Positions 38,003-49,995 of a stretch of 64,000 nt of DNA are shown here, piece after piece. The notes under the pieces are model-generated. The model was not told the origin of the DNA. It saw only the letters and a program-made list of their open reading frames with translations, and searched no databases. This DNA is from Saccostrea echinata. Lineage: Eukaryota. The position numbers and the translations under genes were made by a program. The DNA lies in NCBI RefSeq assembly GCF_033153115.1, contig NW_026889774.1, positions 19,840,001-19,904,000 on the forward strand, written 5' to 3'. The stretch's first letter is position 1; every line of letters begins with the position of its first letter.

Positions 38003-40152
38003 TATCCTTCTTTTTCACGCAATTCAATTAATTTTTAAAACAAATGCAGTGAGGGATATATAAAAAAATATTAAGAACAGAATTCTTATTTATTTTTATT
38101 TTTTAACGTGTGAAATACATATTTATAATTAGTATTACAGAATCCAGGCTTGTATAATTTACTTTTAATTCAAACTTTACAAAATAAATCAATTTTTAAA
38201 CTAAAATAAAAAAAATTATGTTGAAATTTCACAAATAACATAAAACAACTACATAATGTGTGAATGGTCAAGAAAGGTCCCATGATCACAAAACAAATTA
38301 CATGTAAGACTTGTCAGAATTTTCTATACTGTTAAAGTTTCAATATAATAAATAGATTAAATTTTAAATGCCTTTTGAAATTCTTCTTTTTCATGTTGCT
38401 AAATTAGTTATTAAGTATCAATGTATAATAAATATATATTCATTTAATCAATCACCGAGATTTTGAATTAAATCTAAAATTCTTGATCCTAGGGTAAGAT
38501 TTCATATTGTTTTCCTTAGGACTATAAACATTTCCTCATAAAAATTTCTATTACAGTATTTCAAGGCATCCTGAGGTTTAGTATTTTAGAATATATGAAA
38601 TTTCCTACTTTGCTAATTGGGATTAATGAAATTAGTATAATTAAACTTAAAGAATAATAGATAGATGATACAAAATATTCCTTTCATTTAAAAGTTATCC
38701 TCATTTCTAATGATTGGTTCTATACATTAAGCTTCGAGTAATACTTGTATATAGCAAATCGCAAGGGGCATTAAAAGTATAATTATTAAGAAAATATTTC
38801 ACCATATCTAATTAGAAATTAGAAAAATTGTTATAGTGTTATATATATTTCTTATAGAAATCCATTACATGATAACCAGATGTTCTTCAAAATAGTTTTC
38901 ATTATAATAGAATGAACTATAAACGGTATCAACGTTTCGCCTATGGGAGGTAGTAATTTCTGTGATTAAAACAAAATTTTGGAATTATGATACGTTAAAT
39001 TGATACTAAAGTTTCAAACATTTATCTTTTTCTCACGGGTAATATAAGAATAATACGGTTAAATTTAACTACCCTGTATCAGACCAAAAAAAGTAAGTGC
39101 TATATATATGTATGTGAAGAGAACTTTATATTGAATTTCAATTATTTACAAATGTAGAAATTTGCCACCCCTTTCTTTTTTTTCAACATTATTATTTTTT
39201 TCTTTCCTATGTGCATTTTTTATCTTTTTTATCTTAATAAATGATGATACAAACTTTAAATCATGAAAATTACAACTTAATCTATGTTTATGTGAGTTAA
39301 ATTAATAAGTTTGTATAAATTTTTATTTTTCATTCAAAGTTTTCTCAATAATTCCTATAAAATATTACAAAAGTGAATAGATTTATTAGGGTGATGACAA
39401 ACAGGACAAAAGATTCTACATTTCTATTAATATTTTAGCGATTTGATATTTGCATCATTTACAACCAAATTAAGTCCATGAAATGATACTAATCTATGCA
39501 TCTAGTATTTTGTTTTTGCATCATGTGTTCAAAGGAGTAAAAAGAAAATGAAAATTGCCACGAGAATTATTCATTCAATAACACGATTTCGACATTCTGG
39601 CTCTTTCTTAAAATCTTTTTCTTTGGAAATAAGGAACAGACGTTCCTCTGCGACAGTCATTTCATGATGAGTTGTTGAAAACTTAATTACTTTTATCGGC
39701 ATATTATCACCATGCTACATGAGGCACCTAATGCGAAGTGCAAGTCACTTAAAATTCCAAGGTGTGACACTCACCATTTCTACGTGTACTATGAACTTTT
39801 TTGTCTGCCTAACTGTATTATGATAATTTTATTATGGATATAATTAATAAATCGTACTGCATAACAAGTTATGAGTCATCTGATCTAATGAGAGGGTGTG
39901 TGTTCCATGAAAGGTACGTATCTGTGACATGAAAAGTCCATTAGATGCACCAAGTGCTCCAGAACTACACTGCAAGTTTGCAATATGTTCCAAGCTAAGT
40001 ATCTTATATACTGTAGAAAAAATAGGAAGTAAGACTAGTTAATTATGAATTTTATATACATGCTTTACCCAGTATTTCGAAATGCTGCACTCAATAGAAC
40101 GCAGAACCTAGTAATCATTTTAGAGGAGTTCCAAAACACACACACACAAGTA

Positions 40153-41390
40153 TTAAATATGGAGATAACGAACAGTAATCAAGCTCAAAAATCCATTGGC
40201 ACAAAACAAATCGTGAGCAGAGCAAACACGGGCCCCTTTAAGCATCAGAGGTGGTTGCCGTGGAGAAGTAAGCATCCCCTGTCGACGGGTCACACCCTCA
40301 GTGTGCTCCTTGTCATGATCAGGCAAACGGAAAAAATCCGTAGACAATTAAGTATGTAAATAATTGCTTAACAATTGGTATGAAAAACGTCAGCCAGCAT
40401 TCGACTTAATCATAGATTGTATTTGCTGACAAGGTCATTGTATCGACCAAAAAACTTCCGAAATGTTGACTTCAGATGTTGACTGTTGATATCCTTGTTT
40501 CAACAACTTGCTTGTCGATAGCTTACCTCATTTTAGAAATTGTTCGTATGTAGAGCATGCTCTTGCCTACCGAAGCAACTAGGAGACATATCCCATATGC
40601 ATGTGATAATTGTATATTGCGATATAAATAAGGAAGCTGACGATAGAGAAGTTGAAATCGCATTTATCATAAAGTTTAGTTGTTAGGTTACCATTAACGT
40701 CCTTTTCTAGTAAAATGTCCAAAATATGAAACAGATGTGTCAGACTTTGTTCTATCTTTTATTTCAAGTTCACTAGGTATATCGAGTCGACATATGAATG
40801 GAAGTAACTATTGCTAATTGATAATACGTCGTCGATATATCTAAATGTCGAGTTGAAGGCCACAGCAAGTGTTGCCTTCTTCTCATGTAGAAGTTTTTGA
40901 ATAAATTCTGCTTCCTATGAATATAAAAATAGGTCTGCTAATAAAGAAGCGCAATTGGTGCCCATGGAATTCCGACAGATTGTTGGAAAATTTGATATCT
41001 ACATAGATATTGTGGATCAGAAACTCAAGCATCTTCGTAATATCAATATCGGAATACTTGTCTGCACAAATAAAAATTTTCTAACAAAATAATTTTGCAA
41101 ATGAAAAGATGGGTAAATTTACGAGTTCCATTTTTATTGAAAAAGCAGCTGTCTATGATGTCAAAAGCCTGGGTCTCGTTTAACAAAAGAACTTACGACT
41201 AAGATCAAAATCTTGTAAAAGTAATGTTTCTGTTCAAAATTGTTTGCATAGAAATATCTTTCTGGCTTCTTTTTAAAAGGGTTTGAACTATATTCAAATT
41301 AATGTAAAAAATGAAAGTTATTTGTAAAATTACATTTTGGTCTTAGTCGTAAGTTCTTTTGTAAAACTAGGCCCTGGACTTTAATTTGAC
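40153..41390 (-). mobile_element. Naiad-type Penelope-like copy D (subfamily 2), decayed, interrupted by a MITE
   Basis: Minus strand reads MGTNCASLLADLFLYS, FNSTFRYIDDVLSISNSYFHSYV, KDVNGNLTTKLYDK. 3' UTR motif at ~40220-40308. Confidence 0.9.
41172..41373. mobile_element. PIF/Harbinger-like MITE inserted in Naiad copy D
   Basis: 40-bp TIRs GGTCTCGTTTAACAAAAGAACTTACGACTAAGATCAAAAT vs reverse complement GGCCTAGTTTTACAAAAGAACTTACGACTAAGACCAAAAT. 3-bp TSD CTG. The empty site AAGTCCAGGC is seen in copies E and G. Confidence 0.85.
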
Positions 41391-41721
41391 ACATATATAT
41401 ACATATATATATAATTTGAATTATTGTCTTTTTTCAAACATACTGAGATACTTTTTCCCCATAATTTGTCATTGTGCAGCATAACACAAGAAAGCTCACA
41501 CGAAAAAGACATTTTTGGTTTTAAAAAATATTTCCAATCCCTACGGTCGTTGGCTTTAAAATACTCACTTTAAATCTAAATGCATTAAAGTACTCTGAAA
41601 CAAGTCTGATTAGGAAACACCAATCTCTTCAAATCAACAACTCTAATCACTGACTTTCAATCAGTTAATTTGTAGTACTGTGTTTCTCTGAGATATAAGA
41701 TTGGGTGGGTTAAACAGGTCA

Positions 41722-42176
41722 ATTTGTGCATGTCTGTCCTGGTCATTAACCAGAGAGACTACTTCTACCTGTCCTGATCATTAATCAGAGAGTTTATTTG
41801 TGCATATCATGGTCATTAATCGGAAAGCCTATTTGTGCATGTCCTGGTCATTACCCGGAGAGCCTATTTGTGCTTGTCTTGGTCATTAATCGGAGAGCCT
41901 ACTTGTCCATGTCCTGGTCAACAATCGCCTATTTGTGCATGTCATTGTCATTAATCCAAGAGCCTTTTTGTGCATGTCCTGGTCATTAATCTGAGAGCCT
42001 ATTTGTGCATGTCCTGGTCATTAATTGGAGAGCCTATTTGTGCATGTCCTAGTCATTAATTGGAGAGCCTGTTTGTGCATGTCCTAGTCATTAATCGGAG
42101 AGCCTATTTGTGCATGTCCTGGTCATTAATCGGAGAGCCTGTATGTGCATGTTCTAGTCATTGATCGGAAAGCCTA
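41722..42176 (+). repeat. 35-bp minisatellite, ~13 units
   Basis: Unit GAGCCTATTTGTGCATGTCCTGGTCATTAATCGGA; the 35-bp period is visible at 41995/42030. Confidence 0.95.
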
Positions 42177-42591
42177 ATATTATGTGCTCTGCTTATTACA
42201 AATATTTAACACCGCAAAAGAATACGAGCTAAAATGAATAAAAGATATCATCAAGTTTCTGTATTTAATCTACGTGTATATATCTTTTAGAATTAACTAA
42301 AAGTCTGCAAAATTTACAAATATTTTAAGAAGTTAGAACTAATTCACTATTAATGAAGACCTTTTACTATATTTTGTAAAGTTTGAGAAACGAATTTAGT
42401 AGTAGTAAAATAATAACATCTTTTTAGTGTCATTAAATGAACAGCAATTTCATTTTCTTTTTCAGACGTATTAATAGCTATTGATTCTTTAAGCATGAGC
42501 ATAATTTAAAATATATGTTGTATATTTTTAATTAAAGAAACATGTACAGAATTATATTTTTTAACTACTTGACTGTATCTATCTGCGATAT

Positions 42592-43480
42592 CTAAAATGT
42601 AGTTCTTTTTTCTATAAATATTGGTAAATATATAATAACCATGACATAAATATATATAGTTCGTTTAGATATATAATGGTAAAAAATGACATTCATTTGG
42701 TATACATTCTGAATGTATAGTTCTTTTGTATATAAAAATGATAAATAATGACCATGACATAAATATATAGTTCTTTTGTATATATAAATGATAAGTAATG
42801 ACCATGATATAAATATATAGTTCTTTTGTATATAAAAATGATAAGTAATGACCATGATATAAATATACAGTTCTTTTGTATATAAAAATGATGAGTAATG
42901 ACCATGACATAAATATATAGTTCTTTCAACAAAATTGTTAGATTTTTTTATAATACTATTTAAATCAAAATCTTTATTGTATAAAAATTATATTTGCTGT
43001 TTAAAAAGGCATAAAATGATAAATGGCCATGATATAAATTCATAATATAAAAAAAATGGGAAAATATGATCATGGTTTAAATAGTTCTTTTGGATATAAA
43101 AAAAAATGGTAATTAATGACCAAGATATAAACACAAAGTTCTTTGGGATATACTAGTAAAATGGGAAATAATGAACTTGACATGAATATAAATTTCTTTG
43201 GGATATAAAAAGGTAAAAATGACCATGTCATGCATGTTCATGTAAATATATAGAAGTTCTCAAGCATATAGAAATGGTAAATAACAACCATGACATAAAT
43301 ATTTAATTTTAAAATGGCAAATAATGTCCATGACATAAATATATAGTTCTTTTGGATATCAAATTGCAAATAATGGCCATGACATAAATATAGTTCTTTG
43401 GGATATCAAATTGCAAATAATGACCATGACATATATAGTTCTTTTGGATATAAAAATGGTAAATAATGACCATGACATTT
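42592..43480 (+). repeat. ~50-bp AT-rich minisatellite, ~17 variably degenerate units
   Basis: Unit TTCTTTTGTATATAAAAATGATAAGTAATGACCATGA(C/T)ATAAATATATAG recurs at 42721, 42771, 42821 and 42871. Confidence 0.95.
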
Positions 43481-46400
43481 TTAAATCTAAATATTCTAAT
43501 AAAAAAAACTAAATATGTTTCCATCTTTCATTCCCCAGTTTTCATTTTCAACTCCTCAAAGTTAGAAAACAAGAACAGTAAATATTTATAATTATTTTTC
43601 TTTGTTAATTGGCATTTAATTCTTAATGCAACTTTTGAAAATTCATAAACTATTTATGAATGTATATTCATGTATATTCTCTCTCTTAATTTTGGTTTCG
43701 ATTTTGCTTGTTTGTTGTTCGGATTTTTAAAACATATATATTTAGCCCGAACGCTAAAATTAACTGCTTCTGGGGAGAGTTATCAAACCCTTCGAAATAG
43801 CATACGTGTACTGATAAAAGGTTAAATTGAAAAATGATCAAATATAAAAAATAATTAATTCAGTTTCGCTGCAACTTTATATCAATGTAGGTATTTAAAG
43901 GCAAAAAGCGTCAAAAGTAACGCTTGAAGTGAAACAATATTGGTTTGTAAATATGTACTATTTATATTGATCAATTGAAATTTTCATTTCTCATAAATAC
44001 TGGTATGAAAATACAGAGTTTTGTCATGATATTTAAAACTTCTGAAATAGTGAATGACGGTTACTACAAAATTTAAAATATGGCTTTTATGATACTTGAA
44101 TAACGGTGCAAAGAGAAACCAGGTTAACCAAAATAAGAAACAAAAATATCAAGGTGTATTGAATGTCATATCAATTTAACTGAATACAAATAATATTGAC
44201 AGTAAAATAACACGTATACATATATCTTTCCATTCATAAATTTTCAGATTGAATATAATAGGCGATTCGATAAAGCAATGTTTTCCTTTTCCATAAGTGC
44301 TTGGTCTGATAAATGACTCTGCGATAGACAAGCCTCCTTTGCATCCTCGCAAAATATTTCCAAGTTTTAACCTCAAATCTTCTTGTTTGGAGAAACAGAG
44401 ACTAGCATCAAAAAGATCGTCATGCGGGGATCGGGCCTAATTGCTCGTTTGCAGGGGACGTTAGCTAACAACACAAATACCTAGAAACTCGTATTTTTCA
44501 CTCGTCTCTGTCCGATTAACATAGCAAAAGACCAAGCTGTCGGCCTGGGTACCGGTGTTTGCGGAATGCCGAATGTTTGACCGGGGGAATTCAGAGTTGC
44601 GATCAGTGCATCATTCAGATAACGGGGTGTTAATACCTATGTCAAGTGACCTCTGAAAGGTTGTACTGGGGGTACCTCCCCACCTGTCTGGGATTATTTG
44701 AATAATTAAAGTGTATACAACTCCAGGTACATTGACGGAGGTATGCTGCTTAAGCTGGTGTTGGGGGATAAATATGACATCCAGGCATTTGTACACATGC
44801 ATCTGATCTCCTAACAGGAGCTATGCCCTCATCTCTTTTAACTTGCATACGTAAACATTTTGAGACATATTTAAAGAAGCAAGGTTGATTATTTTTAAAA
44901 GCTTTTCCCCTTAACACATTCTACTTCATGATTTGTTCTTAGCAAATTGGTAATAATATGGAACTATGAATCATGGAAAGATGTTATAGTCTAGTCTATG
45001 TCTGACTTTTCTGCCCTGACTACTTTTTTCCTAAGGTCATTCAACTCTTTATCAGGTCCCATACATGTAATATCGTCTAATACAAGTTTATGACTGGTTT
45101 AGAGCCCCACAGCAGCCATACTCCCTCTTTGGTAATTATTTTTCTAAAACCGTCAGAGGCTGTAACAGGATTATTCTTAGTATAAATATAATAATATTAT
45201 ATGAATGAATCGAGCAAGTGGTTTCTTAATAAAACTGTCTTTCATTCAGAGTAGATACGTCTTGTAGAGAAAAGAATTAAAATTTGGCAGTCGTAATTAT
45301 ATGTAGTACGGATCGGTACTATTTTGATTTTTTCATCGTGAAAAAAAATAACATCCTTAATTATATAACATATAATTTGCTTATAGGAACAGCAACTGAT
45401 GAAAGAAAATACTCATTGCAAATCATTATCCATGCATTCTCAGTCTAAATTAAAAGTTTTTAAATTAGAGCCTTACCTGTTTACACAGTAAGAGACTTCT
45501 AAACCTATGCATGTGCTTTCTCCAAAGCCACTTTAAGTACCCTGTGTCCACTAATTGTAAACAGATTTTCCCCACATTTCCATGAAATACCTTCTGAATG
45601 ATCAATGATCTTTAACATAAAAATTCGTAGATTTTCAGTAAAAAAAGACACTGTTAAGGTGACATTACCACGTGTTGTGACACTTCTAAACTTTCAATCT
45701 TTTAGTTGTTTTCTGAGTGAAGTTAAACTTGAACCCTTAAAGTTAAGACAGTTCACTAAGAATCAGAAACACCTTGCTTCCCATCGTGTTTGATCTTAAG
45801 CTGAAGACGGTTCTTCTTCTCAATTTTGTTCTTTGATATATGTTCACACTGCGAGGGGGTATCTCGGTCATTCGTTTCAGAAATTGGCTGGCCTAGCAAA
45901 TCTTGAATTAAGTCAAATTTTCCAATAGAGATTATATAAGAAGAAGAGGTGGGGGAAAGGGTGTATCTGCTCTCACGTTAAATGAATACGTCTTGTTCAA
46001 TTTAGCAAATGAATTACATATTTTACTTCAATTTTGAGCCTTAGCCGAAATATTTCATCTATATTTTTTCTTTTCTGTAAAAAAAAAATGCAATTCATAT
46101 GATTTTATAACAATGTTAACTTATTGACAGAAAGATACATCTGCATTGTTTCATTTTACAGAAATTGGTTGGGTCCTATAAATATTTTGGAACATTTTAT
46201 CAAAATTCAATGGTATTCAAACGCTGTACAAAATGTCATGCCAACACGCTCATCAATCTATAGAAAAAAAAGGCATTAATATATCTGTCAAGAAGGTTAT
46301 AAACTTTACAGGTCTACTGATGAAGGAATGTGTTGTACATTGTAGATTTTGCCGAAAAGTACATCGGAAAATTTCTCATCGTGCCAAATGTTCCTTATTT

Positions 46401-46959
46401 ATGACAAAGAGAACTCGACCGAAATAACAGGAGACAAAACAAGAGGTCTCAGGTATTCTTGGGAGAAACGATAGGAAATCGAAAAGGTTGTTTCATACGA
46501 AAGAAATTCAAAATATATTTGAAACAGCAGGTAATTTACTTCGATTAATGGGGCGTAAATACATTGCTCTTGAAAAAAGTTTGCCAAAAGTTTCAAATTT
46601 CTTAGGTTTTCTGACAAGTAAAACTTCAACATCAGTCTTCATCAAGTTAAAGATACCCAATCTTTTGTCAAGCAACAGGTACGCAATACACTTACTAGGA
46701 ATTGATCCAGTGAGGTACCATATTTTCGAATTATTATTTACCAATCACTAGAATGCTAGTATTCTGAAGATACATAATGTCTACTGCATTTTTCAATAAC
46801 GATGTTAGCAATTTATTGAAAGTTTCTTTAAAATACATTATTGCGCTTTTTCATGAGACCACAACAATGTCTTTAATCTGTATTCACAGTCCTTTCCTCA
46901 TTGCATCTTCAAAAGTATACAATTTTCACGACAATTTTTTTTTCAAGTAAGTTATCTAG

Positions 46960-47855
46960 TTATTGATCTACTTAAAAAACTCCTAGGAACTGAGAGAAAA
47001 TTTGAAATCACAAAATTTTACCAAAATCAATAATATCAAAACGTACGACTTTTCAACACTAGATACAACCATTCCCTACGATAAATTAAGTCCAGGCTAG
47101 GCTTTTTTTGACACCACAGACAGCTGCTTTTTCAATTAAAATGGAAAAAGTATATTTACTTACCTTGTCATTGGTCATTTGCAAAATCATTTTGTTAAAA
47201 ACATTCTGTACAAGTACCTCGAAATTGATATTAAAACGATGCTTAAGATTCTGATTGACAATATCTACAGTGTATGTAGTTTTTGGAGATCAAGTCTTCC
47301 AACAACCTGTCGGAATTCCCATGGCTTCTAATTGCGCCCCGTTATTAGCAGACCTATTTTTGTATTCAAATATCGCAGAATTTATTTTTAAAAAAACTTC
47401 TACATGAAAAGAAGAAGTCTCTTGCTGTCACCTTCAATTCAATATTTAGATATATCGATGACGTTTTCTCAATTAACAATATTCATTTTTATTCCTGCAC
47501 TCGAAATAAAAGATCACAGAGTCTAACACATTTGTTTCATATTTGGATATTTAACTTTAAAAGACGTTAATGGTAACCTTACAACAAAACTTTATGATAA
47601 ACGTAATGACTTCAACTTTTCTGTCAGCTTTCCTTATTTATGTACCAATATACAATTATCACCTGCATATGGAGACTTTGTCTCCCAGTTGATTCGATAC
47701 TCTATCTACGAACAATTTTTAAAACGAGGCAAGCTATTGACAAATAAGTTGCTGAAACAAGAATATCAACAATCTCATTTAAAGTCAATATTTCGCAAAT
47801 TCTTTAGTCGATACAAGTACCTTGTTAGCAAATACTACTACTGACGTTCTCATAC
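46960..47855 (+). mobile_element. Naiad-type Penelope-like copy E (subfamily 2), RT core fragment without 3' UTR
   Basis: KTYDFSTLDTTIP (RT motif A), VGIPMASNCAPLLADLFLYS (motif B), FRYIDDV (motif C), with many indels. Confidence 0.9.
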
Positions 47856-48357
47856 AAAAATTTGTTTCTCAAGTATTTCTTGTTTTAGATACACGCGTTC
47901 TGAAGTGAAAGTAAAACGCATTTTTTGCGAAGAACTGCATTAGTTTTGGAAGTTGCGTTCAATTCCATAGTAGCATATAGTATGTTCAAAACGAACACAA
48001 CACATGTGTTGAGTATTTCTCTATTCATGTATCTGTGTTTATAAGGTGAAGGTCGCGTTGTAATTGTGATAGTCCTGTCCACAGGTTGTTTAACCGATGT
48101 CAAAGCTGGGAATTAGTGTACAAAACTACACGCCTTTAACATGGTTAAAGCAAACAGATACTCACTGATCCTTTTTCGCCAAAACTTTGACATTGATTAT
48201 TTGTGACATATGGAATTTTCGACTGTGAGGACATGGGTATCTTATCTTCTTAGAAAAGCAAAAGGATTAGCGATCTGCACGACTGTCCCTGCCTCGGGAT
48301 ACATCGCACCTTAAATTAAACCCCGTCCCTTTCCTGAGAAAACCATACAGTATCATG

Positions 48358-49345
48358 TAAATGGAACTCGGAAATTTTCATATCTTGTGATTGGTCGTGA
48401 ACAAAATTACTTTTTTAAAAATCACACTAATTCTACACAAGTACCGGTACTCGGAAGTTGATATCAAAAGGATGCTGGAGTTTCTCATTGACAACATCTA
48501 TGTAGTCTTTGGAGACCAGGTCTTAAGGTAGGAATTTCCGGTGGGAATTGTACTCCCTTATAAGCCAACCTGTTTTTATATTCCTATTCAAATACATCAA
48601 TATCTGAAGAAGAAAACACTTAGAGTAAGCTTCAACTCGACATTCATATATATCAACGAGGTTTTATCAATTAACAATAGTTACTTCCATTCATATGTCG
48701 AATTGATATATCTAACTGAAATCGAAATAAAAGATACATAAGAGTCAGCTACATCTGTTTCATATTTGGATATTTTACTGACTATAAACGAAAAAGACAA
48801 ACAAACAACTAAACTCTATGACAAACGAGATTACAGTACTTAAGCTTTTCCATCGTCAACTTTCCTTTTTTATGTAGTAATATTCAGTTATCACCTGCAT
48901 ATGGTGTATATGTCCTCCAACTTATTCGATACTCAAGAGCATGCTCTAAGTACGATCAATTTTTAAACCGGGACAGACTACTGACAGATATGTCGATCTT
49001 ATAGGGATTTCAACATCCTCGTTTAAAGTCAGCATTTCTTAAATTCTAGAGGCTTTATAATGACCTTTTTTTTATCATTGGTCGTATTTTGGCTGAAATA
49101 TTTAATACCAGTTGGGTTTTTGTTTTACACTAAATTTGACTACGGAATATTCCGTCTATCTGATCGATACATAGGACTCACGGCGGGTGTGCCCGGTCGA
49201 CAGGGGATGCTTACTCCTCCTAGGCACCTGATTCCACCTCTGAAATTTCCAGTTGTCCGTGTTTTATGCCCTGTTCACAGATTTGTATTGTTTGAAGGTT
49301 TTTTTTTATAAGATCGATCACTGTTTGTTATCTTTACCTTTTCTT
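48358..49345 (+). mobile_element. Naiad-type Penelope-like copy F (subfamily 1), decayed
   Basis: MLEFLIDNIYVVFGDQV, FNSTFIYINEVLSINNSYFHSYV, SPAYGVYV. The 3' UTR is closely similar to copy A (7006-7190). Confidence 0.9.
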
Positions 49346-49995
49346 TGATAACAAACTATCTCGATCGACATCTGAGGCACACGTGAAGAGTGAATTCGTT
49401 TAAACTGATCCGTAAGAGGAAAGATTAACAAGCACATGTATATATTTGTGTGTTTGTATGTATGTTCACCATAATCCTCGGAAACGACTTTTCAGCTGGA
49501 GACTTGACGTTCTCGTTGAGTGTGCTACAATACAGTAATGGATGTGCTATGATAATGCAGTTTGAAAACTTATCGAAATGACAATACAAGAAAAATGATA
49601 ACTAGTGTGTCAGTAAAATAAAACCTTGACTCCAAATTCTTTAAAGTACATCTAGTCTTAATATTGTAAATAATGAACGAAGAAAAGTAACTCAGTTTAG
49701 ACATTTATCAAATTATTTAAGTAAAGGCCATGCTTAAGTACTGATGGTAGAAAGAAAAAATGGATGCCTGGATTGGTATATATTTTTGGACTTGTTTTGG
49801 TTGTAAATGATACATATAACAATTCTCTAAAATATTAAGAAATTGTAATTCTACGATGTTCAGATTTCTTCCTTTTTTCCATAACTTAATTTTTTACCAC
49901 TTTATAAAATACTATTGAGAAACTTTTGAATGAAAAAATGAAACTTTTTAACGACTTAAATTATTATATTTACTTACATAAACATAGATTTATGT

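Noticed and set aside
41722-43480. Regularly spaced 35-bp and 50-bp repeats resembling CRISPR arrays, with overlapping repetitive ORFs
   Set aside because: Units are contiguous with no unique spacers, there are no cas genes and the context is eukaryotic. The ORFs are by-products of periodicity.
46233-46751. Group of overlapping short ORFs on both strands
   Set aside because: No recognisable domain or consistent splice pattern; expected by chance.
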